Part shown: positions 48,814-57,464 of the stretch, piece after piece
Layout: every line of letters begins with the position of its first letter
How positions within the stretch are numbered: position 1 is the stretch's first letter
Origin: Deltaproteobacteria bacterium
Lineage (GTDB): Bacteria > Desulfobacterota > Syntrophobacteria > BM002
DNA length: 61,111 bases
Reading direction: 5' to 3'
Assembly: GCA_022340745.1 (NCBI GenBank)
Contig: JAJDNL010000019.1
Coordinates: 1-61,111 of the forward strand
The notes under the pieces: generated by a model
What the model saw: the letters and a program-made list of their open reading frames with translations, nothing else
Told to the model about the DNA's origin: nothing
Database searches by the model: none
Program-made: the position numbers and the translations under genes

Positions 48814-49545
48814 TTAGAGAATTTGACTTAGAAATAGTTTCGTTCGGTCATGGGTGGGATTCTTGAAGAAGTGTTCCGGGGTGCCCACTTCAACTATCTG
48901 GCCCTCGTCCATAAAGATGACTCGATCCGCAACTTCCCTGGCAAAGCCCATCTCGTGAGTCACTACTATCATGGTCATCCCCTCCAGGGCCAGGGTCTTC
49001 ATAACATCCAGTACCTCTCCAATCATCTCGGGATCCAGAGCTGAGGTTGGCTCGTCGAAGAGCATCACTTTGGGGTTCATGGCCAGGGCCCTGGCGATGG
49101 CAACCCGCTGCTGCTGCCCACCCGAGAGGTTGTCCGGATAGGAGTCGGCCTTGTCAGGGATGCCCACTTTCTCCAACAGAACCATAGCTTTCTCTTCTGC
49201 CTCTTTTTTGGAGCGTTTGCGCACCACTGTCTGGGCCAGGGTTAAATTGCCCAGCGCCGTTTTATGGCGAAAGAGGTTGAAGGACTGAAATACCATACCC
49301 ATTTCTTCCCTGACCTTGTTAATGTTGGTCTTGGGATCCAGAATATCGACACCGTCTATGTAGATGTGGCCTTCGTCAGCCTTCTCCAACATGTTCAGGC
49401 AGCGCAGTATGGTGCTTTTTCCTGACCCCGAAGGACCGATAATCACCACCACTTCGCCCTTATCTACTCGACAGGAGACATCCACCAGGGCCTCAATCTT
49501 GTGGGTGGTGTAGAAGGTCTTGTAAACGTTTTCTGCTCTAACCAC
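48814..49545 (-). CDS. Polar amino-acid ABC transporter ATP-binding protein (GlnQ-like)
   Basis: [28 protein letters not shown]; GTG start with SD GGAGG. Confidence 0.96.
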   Translation of the reverse strand: MVRAENVYKTFYTTHKIEALVDVSCRVDKGEVVVIIGPSGSGKSTILRCLNMLEKADEGHIYIDGVDILDPKTNINKVREEMGMVFQSFNLFRHKTALGNLTLAQTVVRKRSKKEAEEKAMVLLEKVGIPDKADSYPDNLSGGQQQRVAIARALAMNPKVMLFDEPTSALDPEMIGEVLDVMKTLALEGMTMIVVTHEMGFAREVADRVIFMDEGQIVEVGTPEHFFKNPTHDRTKLFLSQIL

Positions 49546-50557
49546 CGATCGCAGTCCTCCTCTCCAAATATTGGACAAACATGGACAGGGAAAAAGTCAG
49601 CACCAGGTAGAGTATGGCGCAGACGAACCAGAGCTCGAAGGGCTGCAAACTGCTGGTAACCACCTCCCTGGTTGCCTTGGTGAGTTCACGAATGGCAATG
49701 ATCCCCAGCAGCGATGAATCCTTGATGAGACTAATAAACTGTCCCGCCAGGGGCGGCAGGATGCGTCGAAAGGCCTGGGGCAGGATGATGTAGTGCATAG
49801 ACTGAGGATACGTCATTCCTAGAGAGCGGGCTGCTTCCATCTGCCCAAAGTGGATAGACTGAATGCCAGCCCGGACTATCTCAGCCACATAAGCCCCAGC
49901 AAAAACCGCCAGGGCTGCCACGCCGTACCACAGGGGTGAAAGTTGGCCCATTCCATTTTGAGCCAGCAGGGTATTGAACATAGTCCCCAGGACAAAATAC
50001 CAGATAAAAATCTGGACCAGGAGAGGTGAACCCCTCACTAGTTCGATGTAAGTGATTGCAGTCCACCTCAAAGCAGGATTCTTGGAGATTCTGGCCAATC
50101 CTGTGAAAAGACCAATTACAATTCCCAAGAACACAGCGATGATACTGACTTCCAGGGTAACCCAAAGCCCTTTAAGCAGGATACCGACTTTCCATTGCTG
50201 GTAGGACCCGAGGATGTCGCCGGGATAAATGTAATCCCCCTCGCTCACCCGCAACGAATCGGCTGGAACAGAATAAACCTCCTCCACATCTGCGCCGCGG
50301 ACCTTCACCTCCACCCGGTCACCCTTGGGGACCAGAGAGGCGACATCACCTCCTATCTCGGCCCGAATTTCAACTCGATCATGGTAATAGAAATATTGGG
50401 GTATTCGGTACCAACGCCAGGTATACTCGACCTTCTGGGTGGCGTAGTAAATTCCGCCGATAACCGCCAATATCATTAGAAAAAAGAGAAAAATGGAGAT
50501 ATGGCGCCAACCTCGGGTTCGGAGATAATCGGTTACAGAAAAACTGCCCTCTGCCAC
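49538..50557 (-). CDS. Polar amino-acid ABC transporter permease
   Basis: [35 protein letters not shown]; the ORF-track start 50614 lies in a repeat. Confidence 0.93.
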   Translation of the reverse strand: MAEGSFSVTDYLRTRGWRHISIFLFFLMILAVIGGIYYATQKVEYTWRWYRIPQYFYYHDRVEIRAEIGGDVASLVPKGDRVEVKVRGADVEEVYSVPADSLRVSEGDYIYPGDILGSYQQWKVGILLKGLWVTLEVSIIAVFLGIVIGLFTGLARISKNPALRWTAITYIELVRGSPLLVQIFIWYFVLGTMFNTLLAQNGMGQLSPLWYGVAALAVFAGAYVAEIVRAGIQSIHFGQMEAARSLGMTYPQSMHYIILPQAFRRILPPLAGQFISLIKDSSLLGIIAIRELTKATREVVTSSLQPFELWFVCAILYLVLTFSLSMFVQYLERRTAIGG

Positions 50558-50578
50558 TGTCGTTACCCTTTTGAAGCA

Positions 50579-50720
50579 AAGCGCTAAGCGCAAAGCGTGA
50601 GGTAAATAGTACACAGTAAACGGTCAACAGATTGTGTGCTGGCTTCGCGACAATTCACCGCTTACCATTTACCGTTTACTCTTTTTTTCGCTATGCGCCA
50701 GGCGCTGTGTTCTATGCGAT
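50579..50720. repeat. Two-layer nested heptamer element (homologue of 24899-25046)
   Basis: Colinear similarity including GCGCAAAGCGTGAGGTAAA, GATTGTG..CTGGCT and CCGTTTACT..TTTTTTCGCTATGCGCCA. Confidence 0.8.
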
Positions 50721-50764
50721 TTGTCCTGGAACCAAAAACCTGGTTTTCAATGTTGCATAAAAGC

Positions 50765-50798
50765 GGGGCTCGGCGGTCAGAGAATGACCGCCGGCCCC
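50765..50798 (-). terminator. Strong stem-loop after the substrate-binding gene
   Basis: GGGGC-T-CGGCGGTCA / TGACCGCCG-GCCCC, followed by TTTT on the minus strand. Confidence 0.55.
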
Positions 50799-50812
50799 CA
50801 GAATTACTAGTT

Positions 50813-50963
50813 TTGAAGCTCCCTGCAGCAAGACCTGTCGACGAGCTCAGGTCGGGTCGCTGCAGAGAATCTTCGAAATGTAAGGAAGTGATTCCATTTT
50901 ATTGTAGTTCGCTCGCTAACCCCGCAGCAAGCTGCGGGGAATGCGCTCGCTGAAGCATTTTCA
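50813..50963. mobile_element. MITE family A copy 4 (1x13-mer + 1x14-mer)
   Basis: Full scaffold; right hairpin unmodified (CCCCGCAGCAAGCTGCGGGG). Confidence 0.9.
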
Positions 50964-51001
50964 AGATGAAGCATACCTTACGGTTTCACTGCACCGCCGC
51001 C

Positions 51002-51832
51002 TTACTGCTGAATATTTTCTATCCATTTAGTGCCTTTGATCCACTTGTTGTAGATGCGGTCATAACGGCCGTCATTTTTTATCTGCCTCAGGAAGTTATT
51101 GAGCCAGTTCATGAAGTCCGGGTCACCCTTGTTGATGGCCCAGGCCAGCGGTTCAAAAGTAAAGGGCTTGTCCAGAAACACCAGCTTGCCTTTCCCCTGT
51201 TGCGCATTGAACACCACGCAGTAGGGCAGGTCGTAGACAAAAGCGTCGGCCTTACCGTTGACCACCTCGAGAGCGGCCTCGGGTTCGGTCTCAAAGGACT
51301 TATAGTTGGCCTTCGGGATGAGTCGCTTTACTGCTTGCTCACCGGTGGTTCCCAATTTGGAGGTTACGGTGTACTTCTTGTTGTTCAAATCCTTGTAGGA
51401 ATTCACAATGCCCAGGTGTTTCTTGGCCAGCAGGATGGCCTGCCCCACGATAATGTACGGCTCGGCGAAGTTGATCTTTAGGTTGCGCTCCTGGGTGATG
51501 GTCATACCGCTCATAATGATGTCGAACTTTTTGGTGGTCAGAGCGGGGATAATCCCGTCCCAGGCGGTGTTTACGGGTACAAACTTCACACCCATGGCCT
51601 TGGCCATCTCTTTGGCTATGTCAATGTCGAAGCCGACAAAATTGCCTTTCTTGTCGGTCATCTCGAAGGGCATATAGCCGGATTCAAACCCCACTCGAAG
51701 TTCACCCCGCTTGAGGATGGTCTCCAAGGTTGATTTCTGTGCCAGATCAATATCGGCCGCCAATACATGTGTCTGAGAAAAACAGAGGAAGAGTGCCGCA
51801 AAAATCGCCACAATAATCATAAATCTTTTCAT
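51002..51832 (-). CDS. Amino-acid ABC transporter substrate-binding protein (family 3)
   Basis: Signal peptide; YMPFEM, GFDIDIA, WDGIIPAL, MTITQER. Confidence 0.95.
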   Translation of the reverse strand: MKRFMIIVAIFAALFLCFSQTHVLAADIDLAQKSTLETILKRGELRVGFESGYMPFEMTDKKGNFVGFDIDIAKEMAKAMGVKFVPVNTAWDGIIPALTTKKFDIIMSGMTITQERNLKINFAEPYIIVGQAILLAKKHLGIVNSYKDLNNKKYTVTSKLGTTGEQAVKRLIPKANYKSFETEPEAALEVVNGKADAFVYDLPYCVVFNAQQGKGKLVFLDKPFTFEPLAWAINKGDPDFMNWLNNFLRQIKNDGRYDRIYNKWIKGTKWIENIQQ

Positions 51833-52130
51833 ACAAGCCTCCTTTGTCACACGGTTCCAATGCAAGGGCAGTTGGATCTTTCCTCCCACCTCTCTTGCCT
51901 ATTTCATTAATACGACTTTCCCTCGTCTAGAAGTTCCTCGATGTTCATCTGGATCTTGCAGTCTGGACATTTGGGAATATCTTCTTGTGGGATGTAGACT
52001 ATTTGCGTTCGTTTACATTTCGGGCATTTGACCTGAACAGCTTCCTTTTTGTCTCGCATGGTTGGCTTCTCCCGCTCCCGTACCTATTATCACAAAGTGA
52101 AGGCGAGAACAAGGAAGAAACAAATCGGAG

Positions 52131-52308
52131 AAATTGCAAATTAAGGAATTAAGGAATTGTATTCGTCCTTCGTATTCATGGTGTGCAATTGTAATTGACT
52201 CTCGAAAATACTTGTCGGTCCCTAGCAATCACCTTCCGAGATTCCTAAATTCCTCAATCCCTAAATACCTCAATTCTGTAATTCCTAAATACCTCAATTC
52301 CTAAATTT
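52131..52308. repeat. Inverted octamer array (same family as 18958-19108)
   Basis: AATTAAGGAATTAAGGAATT vs about eight (TMAATWCC) units ending at the DUF167 stop. Confidence 0.82.
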
Positions 52309-52599
52309 CTACTTTGTGAGTAGCTGCCGCACCTCTTCTGCTGATATTCCCTCGATAGCAATGCTCTTGGCCCGGGATGTAGCGCCTGAGGCAATACTCA
52401 TGTGACTCCTGGGAACCCTGAGTTTCTTGGCCAGAAATTTGAGCAAGTGTTTGTTGGCCGCCCCTGCAACCGGAGCTGCGGTTATGCGTATCTTGACCGC
52501 ATCTCCATGGGGCCCCGCCACCTCGTCCCGAGAGGCCCGGGGTTGCACCTGCACCCTGAGAATTACCCCATTTTTACTGTCGCTCACAAAAGAAGACAC
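52309..52599 (-). CDS. yggU: DUF167 (YggU/UPF0235) protein
   Basis: VQPRASR, APVAGAAN, SGATSRAK. Confidence 0.9.
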   Translation of the reverse strand: MSSFVSDSKNGVILRVQVQPRASRDEVAGPHGDAVKIRITAAPVAGAANKHLLKFLAKKLRVPRSHMSIASGATSRAKSIAIEGISAEEVRQLLTK

Positions 52600-52906
52600 A
52601 GTTGATCCCTAATAGGTTTCTCATGGGGTGGAGACGCAAGGCAAAGGTGGTGACAACGAAACCCAAAAAGTCATTACACTGCGCGCATAGGCGCTTCGTT
52701 GTCACTAGGGCTGCGCCCGTCATGAGGCCTTACGGCCGTCATTAAGTTGTTTCAACGCCATAATGACGGTTAACTATGAATCACAGCCTAGCATATTGAC
52801 CTAATGACAATAAATGACGCCGAAGGCATAATGACAGCCACGTCAGTGGCCGAATGACCCAAACTGGTTTGAGCCTGAGTAGTGCCTCGCCTCTAGTATA
52901 AAGCCG

Positions 52907-53764
52907 CTAATGTTTTTCGTCGATCCACAGCCTCATATTATCTATCAATCTGGCCTGGCCCACGAAGACAGCCATGGCCATCACCGCCTTGGGCGTCACC
53001 TCGTCAATATCCGTAACTGTCTCTTCGTCCACCACCTGAATGTACTGAATGCGAGTGTGCGGCTCGGCCTCAATCACCTCTTTGGCTCTGGCCAGCAAGA
53101 CACTCACCCGTCGTTCACCTTCGGCGACCATGGTGCGAGCAGCCAGAAGAGAGCGTGAGAGGGAAAGAGCTGAGCTGCGCTCTTCTTCTGAGAGGTATTT
53201 GTTACGGCTGCTCATGGCCAGGCCGTCCGGTTCACGCACGGTGGGGTGGGCGACGATCTCCACCCCGAGATTCAAATCTTTGCTCAGTCTCTTGATCACC
53301 ACCAGTTGTTGAAAATCCTTCTCTCCGAAGACGGCCAAATGGGGACGAATCGCGCAAAACAGCTTAGTGACAACCAGTGCCACGCCTGAAAAATGGCCTG
53401 TCCGATACAAGCCGCAGAGATTCTGGGTAAGATGGTCTACCTCAACCCTGGTCTTGAATCCCGACGGATACATCTCTTCAACTTCCGGAGCAAAGATCGC
53501 CTGTACCCCAAGCTCACGGCAGAGCTCAAGATCTCGTTCCCAATCGCGGGGATACTGGTCAAGATCTTCGCCCGGGCTGAACTGGGTCGGGTTAACAAAT
53601 ATGCTCACCACCACCTCATCGGCCCGCCGCAAGGCCTCCTCCACAAGGGCCAGATGTCCCCGGTGCAAGTAACCCATGGTGGGCACAAAGCCCACGATCC
53701 GGCCTTTACGGTAGCGTTCCTCTCGCCATTTGCTCATCTCATTGTTTGTACGGAGTACTTCCAT
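52907..53764 (-). CDS. panC: Pantoate--beta-alanine ligase
   Basis: VPTMGYLHRGH, SIFVNPTQF, FGEKDFQQ, GLAMSSRN, RLIDN. Confidence 0.97.
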   Translation of the reverse strand: MEVLRTNNEMSKWREERYRKGRIVGFVPTMGYLHRGHLALVEEALRRADEVVVSIFVNPTQFSPGEDLDQYPRDWERDLELCRELGVQAIFAPEVEEMYPSGFKTRVEVDHLTQNLCGLYRTGHFSGVALVVTKLFCAIRPHLAVFGEKDFQQLVVIKRLSKDLNLGVEIVAHPTVREPDGLAMSSRNKYLSEEERSSALSLSRSLLAARTMVAEGERRVSVLLARAKEVIEAEPHTRIQYIQVVDEETVTDIDEVTPKAVMAMAVFVGQARLIDNMRLWIDEKH

Positions 53765-53904
53765 ACGAGACAACTCCTTGGTGGTTAAAAATTTGGGCCC
53801 GAGGGCTTTGAAGGGTTTCAGGTGTCAGGTGTCAGAGAAAAACCTAAAAATTAGGGTAAAGACTGATTTGAATGTACAAAGGAAAGAAAAACAAACAGCT
53901 TTGC

Positions 53905-54234
53905 AAGCCCGGATGTTTCATGAAAATGCTGCAGCGAGCGCAGTCCCCTGGGCCCGCTTCTCGAGCGGGACGGGGTTAGCGAGCGAACTACAATAAAATG
54001 GAATACCTTCCTTACATTACGAATCCCGCTTCAGCGGGACTGCAGTTTACTGCAGGGAGCTTCAATTGTCGTCGCGAGACCGTGGAGAAGGATGTACCAC
54101 CGGGCAACCGCAGGGGGTTGGATCTGAGGCGTACTTGAAAAGTACGTCGCAAGGTCAGGCACCCGAGGACGCCCGGAAGGACATTGATATCCTCGGTCGT
54201 AGTCACGCCGTGGCGTGATGAAATATTCGGGCTA
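53905..54234. mobile_element. MITE family B copy 3, interrupted by MITE A copy 5
   Basis: TIRs AAGCCCGGATGTTTCAT / ATGAAATATTCGGGCTA; the B body resumes at 54066. Confidence 0.85.
53921..54065. mobile_element. MITE family A copy 5 (reverse orientation, nested in B)
   Basis: TGAAAATGCT ... CTGCAGGGAGCTTCAA with conserved core. Confidence 0.88.
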
Positions 54235-54732
54235 GGGTTTGGTGAAGAATTTCAGCTTGCTTTCCAGGTCCTCCGCCTCTGCCTCTTCTTCTTTCTGCAT
54301 ATCCAGCATCTTCTGATAGGTTTCTATGGTGGCGCGAATTTTCAGCTCGAACTGAGTCCGCTGCCTCTTGAGCTCGGCTATGTCTTCATGAATTTGGGCT
54401 AAGCGGTTATGCGCATTGTTCAGGATGCGTTCTGCTTTGACCTCAGCCTCTGAGACCAAAAGTTTTGACTCCTTTTGGGCGTTGACCTTCATCTGTTCCA
54501 CCGTTTTCTGCGCACTAATGAGCGTGTTTTTCAGGGTTTGTTCTCGCTCCTTGTGCTCGCCGAGTTGGCGTTCCCTGTTATCCAGTTCCCGCTTGAGTTC
54601 GTCAATCTGTTTGAGATATACGCTCATCTGATCAGCAACCTTTTGCAGAAAGGACTCCACCTCCTTGGCATCCAGACCACGGAACCGATTGGGGAACTGC
54701 TTCTGCTGAATCTCAAGAGGGCTTAGTAGCAT
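54232..54732 (-). CDS. divIVA: DivIVA-domain protein
   Basis: LSPLEIQQKQF..RFRGLDAKEVESFL followed by coiled coil. Confidence 0.9.
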   Translation of the reverse strand: MLLSPLEIQQKQFPNRFRGLDAKEVESFLQKVADQMSVYLKQIDELKRELDNRERQLGEHKEREQTLKNTLISAQKTVEQMKVNAQKESKLLVSEAEVKAERILNNAHNRLAQIHEDIAELKRQRTQFELKIRATIETYQKMLDMQKEEEAEAEDLESKLKFFTKP

Positions 54733-54784
54733 TGGGTTCTCCTGTTCTTTTGCTGTTTAAACCATCCTCCACTTATGGTTCTGG

Positions 54785-55087
54785 TTAGTGGACGAATTGC
54801 ATAGCCAGATCATGAAGTGAAGCGACCAGGAATCTCTGCAAGAATATGATAGCTAGAATTACCACTATGGGCGAAAAATCTATCCCGCCGAAAGCAAGGG
54901 GCAGCCGGCGCCTTATCGCCAATAAAACGGGATCGGTGATACTGTAAAGAACGCGGACAATAGGGTTGTACGGATCCGGGTTAACCCAGGATATAACCGC
55001 TCGGGCGATAATGATCCACATGTAGAGACTGAGCACATAGTAGATGACAGTCGCAATTGCATCCAACAGATGGCCCACAATGAACAT
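54785..55087 (-). CDS. yggT: YggT family membrane protein
   Basis: ISWVNPDPYNPIV...TDPVL..IRR...GIDFSPIV. Confidence 0.94.
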   Translation of the reverse strand: MFIVGHLLDAIATVIYYVLSLYMWIIIARAVISWVNPDPYNPIVRVLYSITDPVLLAIRRRLPLAFGGIDFSPIVVILAIIFLQRFLVASLHDLAMQFVH

Positions 55088-55124
55088 TCATTATTCCTTT
55101 CTCTTTTACCCATTTTTCCACGCA

Positions 55125-55244
55125 ACATTATCTTGAATTCCTCAGAGTGTCAAGAAAAATCTTTTTATTATCAAGAGGATAAACCCTAAATGCCCCTTCT
55201 GATCCTCGGGACACATTGACATTTTCCCAACCTTTCCTGATAAT
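55125..55244. promoter_or_regulatory. Back-to-back sigma70-type promoters (yggT on minus, proC on plus)
   Basis: Minus: TTGACA (55153-55148)-17-TAATGT; plus: TTGACA (55216-55221)-17-GATAAT. Confidence 0.6.
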
Positions 55245-55409
55245 GATCCACCTATGTTGATAATTGGCCGAAGCCATTTGTTGTTTGCCGTCGATCATCT
55301 ATCGGCAACCGTTCCTTGAACATGATGCAATTTTCGTACTTGAAATGAAGATTACTCTTCTTTCCTTCAATTCGCACCAACCATTTTGGTTGCGCTACAA
55401 CTGACATTA

Positions 55410-55552
55410 TTGAAGCTCCCTGCAGTCCGCCTGCGGCGGCCAGGGAATCTTCGAAATGTAAGGAAGTGATTCCATTTTATTGTAGTCCGCTCGCTAACCC
55501 CGTCCCGCTCGAGAAGCGGGACCAGGGGAATGCGCTCGCTGGAGCATTTTCA
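55410..55552. mobile_element. MITE family A copy 6 (upstream of proC)
   Basis: Full scaffold; hairpin tips replaced by TCCGCCTGCGGCGG and TCCCGCTCGAGAAGCGGGA. Confidence 0.9.
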
Positions 55553-55571
55553 CTAGGATAGGGAGACTGTT

Positions 55572-56387
55572 ATGGTTGCCTCCAAGACAATAGGATTTAT
55601 TGGCGGGGGAAATATGGGTGAAGCCCTTATCAAGGGGCTACTGCAATCAGGCCATTTTGATGCAAGCCATATTAGGGTCAGTGACATCAGCCAGGATCGG
55701 CTCCACCACCTCCGGGACACGTATCAGGTTTCTATCTCTTCTGACAACGGAGAAGTGGCTGAGGGCTCCGATGTGATCGTCCTTGCAGTGAAACCCCAAC
55801 AAGTGGGAGATGTACTTGCCGAAACGCATGCGAGCCTTGAACACCTGCCCTTGCTGATTTCCATCGCTGCTGGGGTGCCGATTGCTTCTCTTGAACAGAA
55901 ACTTGATAAGCCGGTACCTGTGGTTCGGGTTATGCCCAATACCCCAGCACTCGTTCTGGCCGGCGTTTCTGCCATTGCCGGCGGCACCCACACCAAGTCC
56001 GAACATTTGGCAGTGGCCAGAGCACTGTTCGAGGCAGTTGGTGTGGTCGTGGAGGTTGATGAGACTCAAATGGATGCAGTCACCGGACTGAGCGGCAGCG
56101 GTCCTGCCTATGTTTTCCTATTCATGGAGGCTCTCATAGACGCTGGGGTCTTGATGGGATTAACCCGGCCGGTGGCACGGGCTCTAGCGGTGCACACCAC
56201 CTTGGGCTCGGCCAAACTTCTGGTTGAGAGTGGAGAACATCCCGGTGTCCTTAAAGACCAAATCACCTCTCCGGGCGGTACAACCATTCACGGTTTGACC
56301 ATCCTGGAAAGTGGGGGATTGCGCGGCATGCTCATGGACGCTGTGGAGGCTGCTACCAGGAGATCAGAGGAACTAGGGAGGAAGTAA
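55572..56387 (+). CDS. proC: Pyrroline-5-carboxylate reductase
   Basis: IGFIGGGNMG, LAVKPQ, RVMPNTP, TGLSGSGPAY, TSPGGTT. Confidence 0.97.
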   Translation: MVASKTIGFIGGGNMGEALIKGLLQSGHFDASHIRVSDISQDRLHHLRDTYQVSISSDNGEVAEGSDVIVLAVKPQQVGDVLAETHASLEHLPLLISIAAGVPIASLEQKLDKPVPVVRVMPNTPALVLAGVSAIAGGTHTKSEHLAVARALFEAVGVVVEVDETQMDAVTGLSGSGPAYVFLFMEALIDAGVLMGLTRPVARALAVHTTLGSAKLLVESGEHPGVLKDQITSPGGTTIHGLTILESGGLRGMLMDAVEAATRRSEELGRK

Positions 56388-56419
56388 GAACAGGCTCCTT
56401 TCTTCGATTGGAGTCTGTC

Positions 56420-56563
56420 AAATCCGAAATTCGAAGCACGAAGCACGAAACAAATTCAAAACTCGAATTTTCCAATTTCTCAAACAATACCATACTATTA
56501 AGGCATTTAATGTTTTGGTCATTTGGATTTTGGTAAATCGGATTTGTTTCGGATTTCGGATTT
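56420..56563. repeat. Inverted heptamer shell element (reverse complement of the 43429-43588 shell)
   Basis: Arms of 36 bp (35/36 match) and 22 bp (exact match); different interior. Confidence 0.88.
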
Positions 56564-56624
56564 TATTTTTATGCTTCTTCTTTGTGCGACGGACCACGGA
56601 CAACTGACTACGGACGCCGGCCGG

Positions 56625-57461
56625 CTAGGCCGGCGTAATTTCCATACTCATATCAACGGCCCGGGCTGAATGAGTCAGGGCACCAACTGAGATCAGATCG
56701 ACTCCCGTAGCAGCCACTTCCCGGACATTGTCCAGGGTAATTCCTCCCGAAGCCTCAAGAGGGACTTTTCCCCCAGTTCGCCGCACAGCCTCTGCCATGG
56801 TTTTCAGATCCATGTTGTCCAACATTATAGCGTCAGCCCCGGCAGCTATGGCTTCAGCTAATTGATCCAGCGTCTCCACTTCCACTTCTACCCTTAAGGA
56901 ATGACGATTGCTCGCCCTTGCCGCCCCCACTGCCTGTTGAATAGACCCTGCCGCCGCTATGTGATTGTCCTTGATTAGAATCCCATCGTAAAGCCCAAAG
57001 CGGTGGTTGTAGCCGCCTCCGGCTCGAACTGCAGCTTTCTCCAACAAACGGTATGCGGGGGTTGTTTTGCGGGTATCTAGAATGTGGGCGGCAGTCCCGG
57101 CTACTTTGTCCACGAAGGCTCGAGTGAGTGTTGCGATACCGGAAAGTTGCTGTAGAAAGTTTAGGGCAGTGCGTTCGCCCATGAGCATGGCAGCCAGATC
57201 CCCTTCTATCTCTAATAGCTTATCTCCTTCCTTTGCTCGGCTGCCGTCCTTCTGAGAAAGAGTGATCGCAAGCCCGTTATCAACCTTCAGAAAGACTTGT
57301 CTGGCGATATCTGTTCCGGCAAGAACCAGTGGTTCTTTGGCAATAATACACCCCTTACCCAAAGCGCCTGGGGCCACTGTGCAGGCAGTGGTGATATCAC
57401 CGTTTCCTATGTCCTCGGCCAGTGCTCTGTTGATCAAATTTTCCACTTCATCGGATAACAA
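56625..57461 (-). CDS. nadC: Nicotinate-nucleotide diphosphorylase (carboxylating)
   Basis: ERTALNFLQ..SGIAT, DTRKTTP, HRFGL, IKDNH, EASGGI, ISVGALTHS. Confidence 0.97.
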   Translation of the reverse strand: MLSDEVENLINRALAEDIGNGDITTACTVAPGALGKGCIIAKEPLVLAGTDIARQVFLKVDNGLAITLSQKDGSRAKEGDKLLEIEGDLAAMLMGERTALNFLQQLSGIATLTRAFVDKVAGTAAHILDTRKTTPAYRLLEKAAVRAGGGYNHRFGLYDGILIKDNHIAAAGSIQQAVGAARASNRHSLRVEVEVETLDQLAEAIAAGADAIMLDNMDLKTMAEAVRRTGGKVPLEASGGITLDNVREVAATGVDLISVGALTHSARAVDMSMEITPA

Positions 57462-57464
57462 GCC

